Origin: a virus
Taxonomy: Duplodnaviria; Caudoviricetes
Length of the DNA: 41,986 bases
Virus record (IMG/VR): IMGVR_UViG_3300025018_000048
Span: 1 to 41,986 of that record
Direction: 5' to 3' (one strand)
Part shown: positions 27,442 through 36,162 of the stretch, one piece after another
Position numbering within the stretch: position 1 is the first letter of the stretch
How the letters are laid out: each line of letters opens with the position of its first letter
Program-made: the position numbers and the translations under genes
The notes under the pieces: generated by a model
What the model saw: only the letters and a program-made list of their open reading frames with translations
Databases searched by the model: none
What the model was told of the DNA's origin: nothing

Positions 27442-29021
27442 GCGGGCCATGGGAGAAATACCAAGGCGCACCGGCAGCGGCACCGGTTGCGCCCGTCGCG
27501 GGCCCGTGGGACCGGTATGCGGCGCCGGCAGCGGCTGTATCGGATCTGGATCCGACAGCGGGCATGTCGACGGTGGACCGCCTGCTGGCGGCGACTGGTA
27601 GCGGTCTCGCAAGTACTGGCCGAGCGATTGGCCTGGGTAGCGTGCTGGAGAACTTCGGCATGCCAGGTACCAAGGAAGAGGCCGACCGGCTCGATGCGCC
27701 ACTGGACGCGACAACTGCAGGCAAGGTCGGCAAGTTCATCGGAAAGGCGGCGCCGCTGGCGCTCGCGCCGGCAGCTGGCTCGCTCGCGTTGGCCGCTGGC
27801 GCCGGCGCAGGCCTGAGCGCGTTGACAACCGAGGGCGGCATTGTCGACAGGGCTGCAGCGGCCGCAGGCGGGGCCGCAGGCGGCGCAGCTGGCAAGGTGC
27901 TGGGCGATGCAGTCGGAGCGGGCGCAAAGGCCGTGGCGTCGCGATTTGCGGCCAGGGCCGCGGCGAAGAAGGCGGCCAACGCCGGCAAGGATGCTGCGCT
28001 GGTGGCGGCTCGCGGCGAAGGCTTCGTGGTGACGCCATCACAGGCCGACGCCGGCAGCCTCGTGTCGCGGGGCTTGGAGGCCCTTGGCGGCAAGATCAAG
28101 ACCCAGCAGGCGGCAAGCGTCGCGAATCAGTCGGTTACGAACAACCTGGCGCGTCGGGCCTTGGGGCTCGCCAGAGACACGCCGATCGACACAGCAACGC
28201 TTCAACAGCTGCGAAAGCAGGCGGGCACCGCCTATGACGCGCTGAAGAACACCGGGACGGTGCAGGCGGATCAGGTCTACCACAAGGCCCTCGACGGCAT
28301 CGTGGCGAAGTACCATGGCGCTTCGGCACAGTTCCCCGGGTTGGCAAAGCCACAGGTCCAGCAACTCGTCGACACGCTGCGACAGCCGCTGTTCAAGGCT
28401 GATGCGGCGGTCGACGCCATCCGCGTACTGCGCGGCAACGCGGACGACGCGTTTCGCGCAGGCGATGCTGCGCTGGGCAAAGCCAGCAGAGAAGCCGCCG
28501 AAGCCATGGAGGCGCAGCTCGAGCGCCATCTCGTGAACACTGCCCAGCCCGCCAGCGTCCTGAGCGAGTTCAGGGACGCGCGAAAGCTGATCGCCAAGAC
28601 CTACACCGTGGAGAAGTCGCTCAACGCTGCGACCGGTGACGTATCGGCGCAGAAGCTGGCCGGGCAACTGGCCAAGGGCAAGCCCCTGTCGGGCGAGTTG
28701 AAGAGCGCCGCCCAGTTTGGCCAGGCGTTTCCGAAGGCGGCCCAGTCCGGCGTCGACGTGCCGCCGTGGTCGGTGCTCGACATTGCGGCCGGCGGAGTTG
28801 GGGGCATGCACAACCCTGGAATTGCTGCGCTGTTCGCCGCCCGGCCGGTGGCTCGATCAGTGGTGCTCAATCCGACGGTGCAGCGCCTGATGGTCAACCC
28901 GAATCGTGAAGCCAGCGTGCTGTCGCGAGTGCCGGCCGCCACATTGGACAACCTGCCGGCGAAAAAGCTGTGGAAGGCCCTGGGTATCGAGGCGGGCGCC
29001 GAACTGGCCTCGGACCGTTAG
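27438..29021 (+). CDS. Ejection (DNA transfer) protein 4
   Basis: GPWEKY/GPWDRY repeated start, Ala/Gly-rich hydrophobic segments, helical C-half. Confidence 0.7.
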   Translation: MSGPWEKYQGAPAAAPVAPVAGPWDRYAAPAAAVSDLDPTAGMSTVDRLLAATGSGLASTGRAIGLGSVLENFGMPGTKEEADRLDAPLDATTAGKVGKFIGKAAPLALAPAAGSLALAAGAGAGLSALTTEGGIVDRAAAAAGGAAGGAAGKVLGDAVGAGAKAVASRFAARAAAKKAANAGKDAALVAARGEGFVVTPSQADAGSLVSRGLEALGGKIKTQQAASVANQSVTNNLARRALGLARDTPIDTATLQQLRKQAGTAYDALKNTGTVQADQVYHKALDGIVAKYHGASAQFPGLAKPQVQQLVDTLRQPLFKADAAVDAIRVLRGNADDAFRAGDAALGKASREAAEAMEAQLERHLVNTAQPASVLSEFRDARKLIAKTYTVEKSLNAATGDVSAQKLAGQLAKGKPLSGELKSAAQFGQAFPKAAQSGVDVPPWSVLDIAAGGVGGMHNPGIAALFAARPVARSVVLNPTVQRLMVNPNREASVLSRVPAATLDNLPAKKLWKALGIEAGAELASDR

Positions 29022-29257
29022 AGGTTGTGGATCACCAAGCCCAGGAACCCCATGGCGAACATGAAAACGAAGCCGAACACGAAGATGGCCCAATGGATCC
29101 ATGGTCTGCGGGTCAGGAGTTCACGATCGAGCAGCGTGCGCTTGAGCTTGCCATCCCGCATCCATCGCTTGATGGCCATCGTGAACGGGATCGACGCCAG
29201 CAGCATCACGAACAGCAGCAGCGGCTTGAATGCCTGAACGAGAAAGGCGCTTCCCAT
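29018..29257 (-). CDS. Two-TM small membrane protein, opposite strand (moron-like)
   Basis: LLLFVMLLASIPF and WAIFVFGFVFMFAMGFLGLVI; convergent with the ejection gene. Confidence 0.75.
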   Translation of the reverse strand: MGSAFLVQAFKPLLLFVMLLASIPFTMAIKRWMRDGKLKRTLLDRELLTRRPWIHWAIFVFGFVFMFAMGFLGLVIHNL

Positions 29258-29540
29258 GACGACAGTTTATCGAGCCACCGGCAAACCGCAAGACGGCGCG
29301 GACGCCGATCCAGAGACGAAGCCGGATGAGCGGCCCGCGCCACCGCGGGCGCCGCAATCGCCAGACGTGGTCGAGTTTCGCAAGAGGCTGGCAGTGGTCA
29401 AGGCGATTCGAAAGGGGCCGGCGATGTCGCTGACAACGAGCCTGAAGAAGGCCGGCCGGGACCTGCACGCAGAAGACAAGGCTGCCATCCTGGCAAACAC
29501 CCGGGACGCGCGCCGGCGCGTGGCAGCAGCGCAAGAGTGA
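29256..29540 (+). CDS. Hypothetical protein, possible fused remnant of large virion genes
   Basis: Internal RBS-like AAAGGGG and ATG at 29424 (MSLTTSLKKAGRDLHAEDKAAILA). Confidence 0.4.
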   Translation: MTTVYRATGKPQDGADADPETKPDERPAPPRAPQSPDVVEFRKRLAVVKAIRKGPAMSLTTSLKKAGRDLHAEDKAAILANTRDARRRVAAAQE

Positions 29541-29583
29541 TTTTTCGTCACGGCAGGTGGTTGACTGCTTGACCATACCGGGC

Positions 29584-30000
29584 ATGGCCAATTTTCTCTA
29601 TGCCGTGATCATCACCCTGCACCTTGCAGGTCCTGCTCTCGCACAAGAGCCTCACAAGAATCCACTGTCGTATTCGCTTCGAGAGTACGGAATGATCCTC
29701 GCGATCGCGATGCTTGGTGGCTTTGTGCGTTGGTACAACGCGGTTCGCCGCGGCGAGTCGGCGGCCTACGACTTGCGCATTCTGGTTGGCGAGCTGTTCA
29801 CATCGGCCTTCATCGGGATCCTGACATTCTGGGCTTGCGAGGCGATGAACGTGCAGCCGTTGATCACCGCTGCACTGGCGGGCATGGCGGGTCACGCTGG
29901 GGTTTCTGGATTGATGTGGGCCGAGAAGGTCATGAAGACGTTTTTCGAGCGCAGATACGGCGTCCACAACACCGATCGCTCGCCGCTGGACAAGCAATGA
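29584..30000 (+). CDS. Holin
   Basis: Several TM segments; AMLGGFVRW, GELFTSAFIG, ALAGMAGHAG; upstream of the endolysin. Confidence 0.85.
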   Translation: MANFLYAVIITLHLAGPALAQEPHKNPLSYSLREYGMILAIAMLGGFVRWYNAVRRGESAAYDLRILVGELFTSAFIGILTFWACEAMNVQPLITAALAGMAGHAGVSGLMWAEKVMKTFFERRYGVHNTDRSPLDKQ

Positions 30001-30188
30001 GCGCGTGGTGGTTGCTTCCCGTGGCGCTTGCTGTGTGGGCATGGCTCGCATGGCGCAATGCCCCCGAGGATCCGTTCGATCTCGAATACCCCGACAGCGC
30101 GCCGGCGCCCGAGTCCGATTTCGGGTGCCCGGATACCGAACCAACCAGCCCGGGTGCGCTGGATTCTGACCTGTCGAGGCTGCAATGA
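29997..30188 (+). CDS. Small membrane protein in the lysis cassette
   Basis: MSAWWLLPVALAVWAWLAW followed by an acidic tail; ATGA-coupled on both sides. Confidence 0.6.
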   Translation: MSAWWLLPVALAVWAWLAWRNAPEDPFDLEYPDSAPAPESDFGCPDTEPTSPGALDSDLSRLQ

Positions 30189-30568
30189 CATTCGCCCTCT
30201 CCACCAAATCCCTAGGCCGCCTGACCGGCGTGCACCCGCGCCTGCAGGCGGTCGTCAAACTGGCCATCCAGATGACCACGGTCGATTTCGCCGTGCTCGA
30301 AGGCGTGCGCACCATCGAGCGCCAGCGCGAGTTGTTCAAGGCAGGCGCCAGTACCACCATGCGCAGCCGCCACCTGTCCGGCCATGCTGTCGACCTGGGC
30401 GCCATCGTCGACGGCCAGGTGCGCTGGGACTGGCCGTTGTACCACCAGCTCGCCGTCGCCGTGAAATCGGCCGCGCAGCAGCTCGGCGTGCCGATCGAGT
30501 GGGGCGGTGACTGGGAGACATTCAAGGACGGCCCGCACTGGCAGTTGCCTTGGTCGGAATACCCATGA
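30185..30568 (+). CDS. Endolysin, peptidase M15 family
   Basis: EGVRTIERQ, SRHLSGHAVD, WGGDW...DGPHWQ. Confidence 0.92.
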   Translation: MTFALSTKSLGRLTGVHPRLQAVVKLAIQMTTVDFAVLEGVRTIERQRELFKAGASTTMRSRHLSGHAVDLGAIVDGQVRWDWPLYHQLAVAVKSAAQQLGVPIEWGGDWETFKDGPHWQLPWSEYP

Positions 30569-30918
30569 TCCCGTTTCCCCTCCTGCTGGCCTTGGGCGTC
30601 CTGCTAGTCAGCAACGCCGCCACCGGCTGGGCCTGGCTGCAGGCCCGCGATCGCGCCGCCACGCTCCAGGAGCAGTTGGTCAACACCGTCGACGTGGCGC
30701 GCGAATGCAGCCGCGGCGTAGAAGCCCTGCGCACCGAGGCCGACAAGCGCGCACGTGCAGCGCGGGCCGCCGTCGCCGCGGCCGAGAAACGCGCCGCCGC
30801 CGGCGACCAGCGGGCCGACCAGATCTTGGCCACGCCGCCGGCGGTGGTCGGCGACGACTGCGCCAGCGCTCAGGCCCAGGTCGACGACTGGCTCTCCACC
30901 CGCCAGGTCAAGCCATGA
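30565..30918 (+). CDS. Rz-like inner-membrane spanin
   Basis: N-terminal TM and Ala-rich coiled coil after the endolysin. Confidence 0.8.
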   Translation: MIPFPLLLALGVLLVSNAATGWAWLQARDRAATLQEQLVNTVDVARECSRGVEALRTEADKRARAARAAVAAAEKRAAAGDQRADQILATPPAVVGDDCASAQAQVDDWLSTRQVKP

Positions 30919-31217
30919 TGACAGTGCGCGTGCTGGCCATCGCGGCCCTGATCGTCGTGCTGGCCGTCCTGGTTGGCTGCAGCGCGGCGCCGGTCCGCCT
31001 GCAGCCTGTCCGGGTGCCGGTGCCCGTCCAATGCCAGGCGCACGTGCCTGCGCGGCCCGCCATGCCCACGGAAGCCCTGCGGCCAGGGGTTGGCCTCGAC
31101 CAGTTCGTGAAAGCCGCCCAGGCCGAGATTGAGCGGCGCGAGGGCTACGAGGATCGGCTGCGGGCGGCGCTGGCCGAGTGTGTGGTGCCTATCGAGGCCG
31201 TGACAGGTCCGAGCTGA
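30915..31217 (+). CDS. Rz1-like outer-membrane spanin lipoprotein
   Basis: Signal peptide with LVGC lipobox; Pro-rich VPVPVQC. Confidence 0.82.
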   Translation: MMTVRVLAIAALIVVLAVLVGCSAAPVRLQPVRVPVPVQCQAHVPARPAMPTEALRPGVGLDQFVKAAQAEIERREGYEDRLRAALAECVVPIEAVTGPS

Positions 31218-31235
31218 GGATCCTCAGATCCTGCC

Positions 31236-31456
31236 CGGTGCAATCCTGGTGTAATTTCCTGCCCGCCAGGCCCATTTCGTGGTGGTCAGGCCACGACTTC
31301 CCCTCTGGAGATCCATGTCGCGCGTGGCGGTCACTAGCATTCACACTGCTGGGGTCGGAGGTTCGAAGCCTCCACCGCCCACCATTGGAAACACTGCGTT
31401 TCCCGCTACCAAAGCAGTAGCGCCAACACTGGCCCGGTGTAATTTCGGTGCAATCC
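31236..31456. other. attP region with integrase arm-type sites
   Basis: Tandem 11-bp repeats YGGTGYAATYY at 31236, 31247, 31435 and 31446 flank the tRNA-derived core, next to the integrase 3' end. Confidence 0.8.
31335..31384 (+). tRNA. 3' part of tRNA-Val(CAC), attP core (not a complete tRNA)
   Basis: TAGCA-TTCACAC-TGCTG anticodon arm, GGAGG-TTCGAAG-CCTCC T arm, ACCGCCC-ACCA 3' end; no D arm. Confidence 0.85.
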
Positions 31457-31457
31457 A

Positions 31458-32405
31458 TCAGGAAAATGCCCGTTTCAGGGCCTCTCGCTGCTGACTCACT
31501 TCCAGGTGCGCATACCGCTGAGTGGTGGTGATCGTGCTGTGCCCCAGGATCTTGGACACCGTGTAGATGTCGGCCCCCTTGGCCATCAGGATGGAGGCGC
31601 AGGAGTGGCGCAGGTCGTGAAAGTTGACCCATGGCATTTCGGCCTTGATGCGCGCGCGCTGGAAGGCGGTTTTTAGGCCCTCGTAGTCCTTGTACTGCAG
31701 CGGTATCTGCTTGAGCCAGACACGCAGGCCTGGCGCGATCGGGATGACCCTGGTGCGCAGCGTCTTGGTGTTGCCGCTGTGGATGGTGATCGCGTCACGG
31801 CCGATGTCCTCGGGACGCATTTTCAGTATCTCGCCGCGCCGGCATCCGGTTAGCAAGGCAATCCAGATCGCGGCTTGGCAGGTCTTGGATGCGCAACTGG
31901 CCAGGTGGTCCACCTGGTCGACCGACAGGAACATTTCTCGCTTATTGTGGGTCGGCAGGCTCTTGACGTTGTCGCCATAGTTCACGGCGGTCAGGTTGTC
32001 CTCCCACGCCAGACCCAAGGCCTTTTTGAGCGCTGCAAGGCTTCGGTTGATGGTGGCGGCCTCGTAGCTCGACCGCATGTCCTTGACGATCGCGGCGGCC
32101 ACTTCTCGGGCCTGTGAGGCACGGTATCCGATCAGCCATGGGCCAATGCGCCTGGCGCACAGCTTGGCTGGCTCTGGCCAGCGCAATGTGTCGGCGTGGA
32201 CCATGAACAGCGGCATGACATCTGTGATCAGCGGATCGCCGGGCGGCTGCGCGGCGCCCTTGGATTTCAGGAGGCGGCGGAGATCACTCTCAACAGACTT
32301 GGCATCACTCGACGTTGCACCGACATCGAGGACTCGATGAAGTCGCTCGCCGCGGTACATGACGCCCGCGTGGCGGCGGCCTGCTTTGTCGATCCAGGTT
32401 GACAT
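31458..32405 (-). CDS. int: Tyrosine integrase
   Basis: TGCRRGE, FHDLRH, LGHS, RYAH catalytic motifs. Confidence 0.95.
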   Translation of the reverse strand: MSTWIDKAGRRHAGVMYRGERLHRVLDVGATSSDAKSVESDLRRLLKSKGAAQPPGDPLITDVMPLFMVHADTLRWPEPAKLCARRIGPWLIGYRASQAREVAAAIVKDMRSSYEAATINRSLAALKKALGLAWEDNLTAVNYGDNVKSLPTHNKREMFLSVDQVDHLASCASKTCQAAIWIALLTGCRRGEILKMRPEDIGRDAITIHSGNTKTLRTRVIPIAPGLRVWLKQIPLQYKDYEGLKTAFQRARIKAEMPWVNFHDLRHSCASILMAKGADIYTVSKILGHSTITTTQRYAHLEVSQQREALKRAFS

Positions 32406-32566
32406 GGGGTCCTCTCACGCAGCCATTTTTTGCATTCTGCCAAATCGTAGCGTTTGGCCTTTTTGCCCACCGGCGTGCACGGCATGCCGTCGCGCTCGTG
32501 CCGGCGAACGGTGGATTCGCTGATCTGCAGCGCGGCGCACAGCTGCTGGCGGGTGATGTCGGTCAT
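32267..32566 (-). CDS. Excisionase-like HTH protein
   Basis: ITRQQLCAALQISESTVRR...GMP...RYDL...WL; overlaps the int start. Confidence 0.75.
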   Translation of the reverse strand: MTDITRQQLCAALQISESTVRRHERDGMPCTPVGKKAKRYDLAECKKWLRERTPCQPGSTKQAAATRASCTAASDFIESSMSVQRRVMPSLLRVISAAS

Positions 32567-33018
32567 GGTTTCGGCGCCTCCAGAGCCGGCAACAGTCGCT
32601 GATCAGCCACATGCTCGAGCACGGTTTTGCCGGTGCCCAGGAGAATTTGGCCAAGGAATGCACCTTCGAACGACAGGATCCCAGTCTCGATCGCCGTGAT
32701 CTGGCCCTTGATCCAGTCTCTCAAGATGCTGTAGACCGCCACGCTGGCGATGTCCATGGCCTTGCGCTCGTGTTGCTGCCTGGTGCTGCGCGTGCGGCCC
32801 GGGTTGTACGGGTGTTCCTTGAGCCATGCCGCGGCATAGCCCTTGATCGAGGCCTTCACGCTGACCGGCCGGCCCTTGTATTCGAACTGCACCAGGACCT
32901 CGCCCAGGCCGTCGTCGATCATGGATCCGAACTTGTTGCAGCCGAAGCCGCGCAGCAGCTTCTGGATCTCGCCCAGCGCGCGTTCGCCGCTGGTGGCGCT
33001 CTCGTAGGGTAGTGGCAT
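32563..33018 (-). CDS. Hypothetical phage protein
   Basis: [14 protein letters not shown]...SILRDWIKGQ; coupled to the MTase stop. Confidence 0.75.
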   Translation of the reverse strand: MPLPYESATSGERALGEIQKLLRGFGCNKFGSMIDDGLGEVLVQFEYKGRPVSVKASIKGYAAAWLKEHPYNPGRTRSTRQQHERKAMDIASVAVYSILRDWIKGQITAIETGILSFEGAFLGQILLGTGKTVLEHVADQRLLPALEAPKP

Positions 33019-34793
33019 CAGATCCCCCCTTGTGCAACTGACAACCCGACCGCCACCGGCCGCACCCACACGGGCGCCGCCGACAGGCTGAATGTCTCCC
33101 CGCTCCAGGCCCCGAGCAGGGTGCGACCCATTTCACTGGCGATCGCCTGCGCCGCGTCGCTCGGCACGGCATTGCCAATGCGCTCGCGCCAGGCCTGATC
33201 ACTCAGGCCGTCGAGCTCGAGCTGTTCCTCGGGGTCGACCAACGACTGCAGTGCGGCCAGCTCCAGCGTGGTGAACGGCCGATGCCATGTGTCATCGAGC
33301 GATCGGATCCGGCACACTAGCTTTTCGGCTGACGCGGGCATGCGCGGATCGGCAACCGACCACCGGCCGTTGTCATGGCCTGCGGCCGCGCTCACGGCGC
33401 CGGCGGGCTGGTCCCATGGAATCACGCCGTAGTGGCCGCCGGTCAGGTAGGCGGATCGATCGGCTGCCATGCCGCTGCGCGGGTCGGCCACAGCATAGGC
33501 ACCATTGTTGTCACCGCCGATGACGGTGCGCGAGGCCGAACTCCAGTCGGCGCAGTGGTATTTACCGAACAACTTGCTGTCCTGCGGGCCGCGTGGGTCA
33601 GCCACCGCCTGCCCGGTACCGTGCGCACTGGTGACCGCCATGGAATGCCCGTACCAGCGCACGATCCGAAACTCGTTGCTGTGCTTGGCCGGACCATCGT
33701 GGCGAGGATCTGCGACGGCGAAACCACCCTGGCCGGGCGACTTCACTCCGATGACGGCGCCCATCGTGTCGGTCCAGGCGTGGACTCCGTACTGGCCAAA
33801 CTGCTCGGCGCCGATGGCATGCCGCGGATCAGCCACCGAGAACGCCCCATTCATCGGCAGTGACTCACCGGCGACAGCACCGGTCTTGCCATCCCACTTG
33901 CGCACACCAAGCGCACCGCTGAACATCTCTGGCACGATCAGGAAGTCGCGCAGCTTGCCATCCTGCACCGCCAACTTGTTCAGGCTGCGCCAGTCGGACC
34001 AGGCCTCGACGAATGCCAGGCGCACCCAGGTCTTCCATTGCAGGGCCGGCACCCGGTGCATGGGCCCGGCGCGCAGGTCGCCTGGAAGCGCCATGCGGCC
34101 CAGCACGTCACCGACCGCGCGCAGCGTCTTGCGCTCGGGCTGGTACAGCATGGGCGCGACCTTCTCCATGTGGCGCGCCACCAGCAAGAACCGCTTGCGT
34201 GACTGGGCCAGGCCGCCCAGCTCGCCGCAGTCGTGCGTCGTCTCGGCCGTGGCGTAGCCGTAGGCGCGCAGCAGCTCGGTGATGCGCTCCAGCAGCTCGC
34301 GGCCGCGGGTGGCCAGGCGCGGCACGTTCTCGAACAGCACCAGCTCGGGTGGATCATCGGACCAGGCCTCGAGCATCAGCCACACGCCGCGAAGCGTGAG
34401 CCGGTTCAGGGCCTGATACTTGGCCGTCTTGCTCTTGGCCTCGGACAGCAGGCCGCTGAAACCCTTGCACGGCGCGGACAGGAACACAATGTGCGGCCGC
34501 TCGCCGCCGGCGGCGCGCTGCAGGTCCTGCGGTGTTGCCTCGCGCCAATCCGGGCCCGGCTCGCGATCATGGAAGGCGCGGTACTGCTCGCGGTCGAACA
34601 TATCGAGCACGGTGCCTGGCACGCCGGCCAGTCGTTGGAAGTCGCGCATTGCAGCCGCGTCGTTGTCGACGCCTCCGATGCAGCGAAAGCGCGCTTCCAG
34701 GTTGCCGACCCGGGCCTTGCCCTGGTTGAAGCCGCGGGCACCGCCGCCGAGGCCGGCGAAAAGGTGGAAGTGGCGGATGTCGATTGGGGTCAT
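33018..34793 (-). CDS. DNA cytosine-C5 methyltransferase with internal repeats
   Basis: [32 protein letters not shown]; five (S/A)VADPR repeats. Confidence 0.9.
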   Translation of the reverse strand: MTPIDIRHFHLFAGLGGGARGFNQGKARVGNLEARFRCIGGVDNDAAAMRDFQRLAGVPGTVLDMFDREQYRAFHDREPGPDWREATPQDLQRAAGGERPHIVFLSAPCKGFSGLLSEAKSKTAKYQALNRLTLRGVWLMLEAWSDDPPELVLFENVPRLATRGRELLERITELLRAYGYATAETTHDCGELGGLAQSRKRFLLVARHMEKVAPMLYQPERKTLRAVGDVLGRMALPGDLRAGPMHRVPALQWKTWVRLAFVEAWSDWRSLNKLAVQDGKLRDFLIVPEMFSGALGVRKWDGKTGAVAGESLPMNGAFSVADPRHAIGAEQFGQYGVHAWTDTMGAVIGVKSPGQGGFAVADPRHDGPAKHSNEFRIVRWYGHSMAVTSAHGTGQAVADPRGPQDSKLFGKYHCADWSSASRTVIGGDNNGAYAVADPRSGMAADRSAYLTGGHYGVIPWDQPAGAVSAAAGHDNGRWSVADPRMPASAEKLVCRIRSLDDTWHRPFTTLELAALQSLVDPEEQLELDGLSDQAWRERIGNAVPSDAAQAIASEMGRTLLGAWSGETFSLSAAPVWVRPVAVGLSVAQGGI

Positions 34794-35314
34794 GGTCTGG
34801 TGATCTCCCAATAGCGATCGAGGAACGCCTGCCGAGCATGCGCCGGCGTCATGGGGTGAATGCGTCGTTCCAGCGGCTCGATGCCGTCGATGTGCCACTC
34901 GGCGTTGCGGCATGACGGCATCAGGTCGCGCTTTTCCGTGACCAGCAGCTGCAAGTCGGCGCGCTTGACGCTGGGCGGAAGCTCTGCCGGCAGGCCGAAC
35001 CGCGCGAACACGGCCGCCTCGATGCTGGCCTCGAGCTCCTGGTAGTCCGGCAGCAGCCGCTTGAGCGGCTTGGCCACGTCGCCGATGAACGCCTCGGCCG
35101 CGTCGTGCAGCAGGCCAGCCAACGCGTCCTCTGGTGGCACGGCATAGGACACCAGCACCGAGTGCTGCGCCACGCTGTAGTAGTCACGGCAGTGGCCGGT
35201 GTACCTGCAGATGTGCGACAGGGCGTGTGCGATCGAGGCAACCGTGAAGTCCGATTTCTCGGGCTCCAGGAAGTTGAAGTAGGTGCCCTCGGCGGTCAGA
35301 ATGGTCGGGCTCAC
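34790..35314 (-). CDS. HD-domain phosphohydrolase (YfbR/YfdR-like)
   Basis: IAHALS..CRYTGH...[19 protein letters not shown]. Confidence 0.88.
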   Translation of the reverse strand: MSPTILTAEGTYFNFLEPEKSDFTVASIAHALSHICRYTGHCRDYYSVAQHSVLVSYAVPPEDALAGLLHDAAEAFIGDVAKPLKRLLPDYQELEASIEAAVFARFGLPAELPPSVKRADLQLLVTEKRDLMPSCRNAEWHIDGIEPLERRIHPMTPAHARQAFLDRYWEITRP

Positions 35315-36162
35315 TTGACCTCCGCCAGGTTGATCCGGTACCGCCCATTCTTCGAGCGATGCTCCTGCTCGCAGTAGCGACGGAATGCGGCCTCGTGCAG
35401 TTCGCCGGGCAGCATGTCGATGCTGGTCCCGATCAGACCGCCCTTCCACGAGCCTTTCTCTGGCCCACACTCGCGGTCGAATTCGATGTTCAGTGTGCGC
35501 CGGATCGTCGCCTTGCGGAACAGCGACAACCACGCGAATGCACCCGTGCCGAAGCGCCACTCGCGCTCCTCGATGTTGGTGGACACCCCGATGCGCGCGC
35601 CGTCGTAGTCGACGATCTCGAATCGGGTCTTGACGAGACCTGCCTCGAACTCGCGGCGCCATTCCCACTGGGCGGATCGGACCTCTTTGCTCCTGGTTTC
35701 CCACAGGGTTTCGATGTGCTGGCCGGTTGGGCCGTACCAGCTGTGCCGGACGAACCGCCAGTTGCACCATGGCAAGAAATAGCACTTGCTTTTCGTTGTC
35801 GTGCTGTCGTGCGTCTGGGGGCCATAGTGCACATGCATGGCCCCGTCGCTGACGGTGAAGCCATACTCGCGTGGAAACACTTCGTCGTACCAATTGCGTC
35901 CCAGGCGCTCGATGGTGGCCGCGTCCCAGGCGACGTTGGAGTGCCGAATGCGAAAGTCCGGCAGCAGGCGCGGCAGTTCAATGATCAGCGTACTGCCGCA
36001 GGCTTGCAGCTTGAGGTTGCATCCTTTATTCCCGCTGCTCTCGTGATCGCCCCCTGAGTCCAGCATCAGCCCGAACGGGCGCCAGCCCTCGTTGTTGTGC
36101 CGGCTCCAGGTGAACGGGCCGAAGTGCTTGTCGTCGCCGCTGTAGCGGCGTTTGCGGCTCAT
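35311..36162 (-). CDS. Hypothetical protein
   Basis: Long coupled ORF in the left operon; [10 protein letters not shown]. Confidence 0.7.
   Translation of the reverse strand: MSRKRRYSGDDKHFGPFTWSRHNNEGWRPFGLMLDSGGDHESSGNKGCNLKLQACGSTLIIELPRLLPDFRIRHSNVAWDAATIERLGRNWYDEVFPREYGFTVSDGAMHVHYGPQTHDSTTTKSKCYFLPWCNWRFVRHSWYGPTGQHIETLWETRSKEVRSAQWEWRREFEAGLVKTRFEIVDYDGARIGVSTNIEEREWRFGTGAFAWLSLFRKATIRRTLNIEFDRECGPEKGSWKGGLIGTSIDMLPGELHEAAFRRYCEQEHRSKNGRYRINLAEVK

Noticed and set aside
31214-31227. 14-bp palindrome CTGAGGATCCTCAG after Rz1
   Set aside because: It is a single occurrence with no loop or U tract, and no function can be supported.
31310-31384. Complete functional tRNA gene
   Set aside because: There is no D arm or canonical 5' half. 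It is treated as the attP core.
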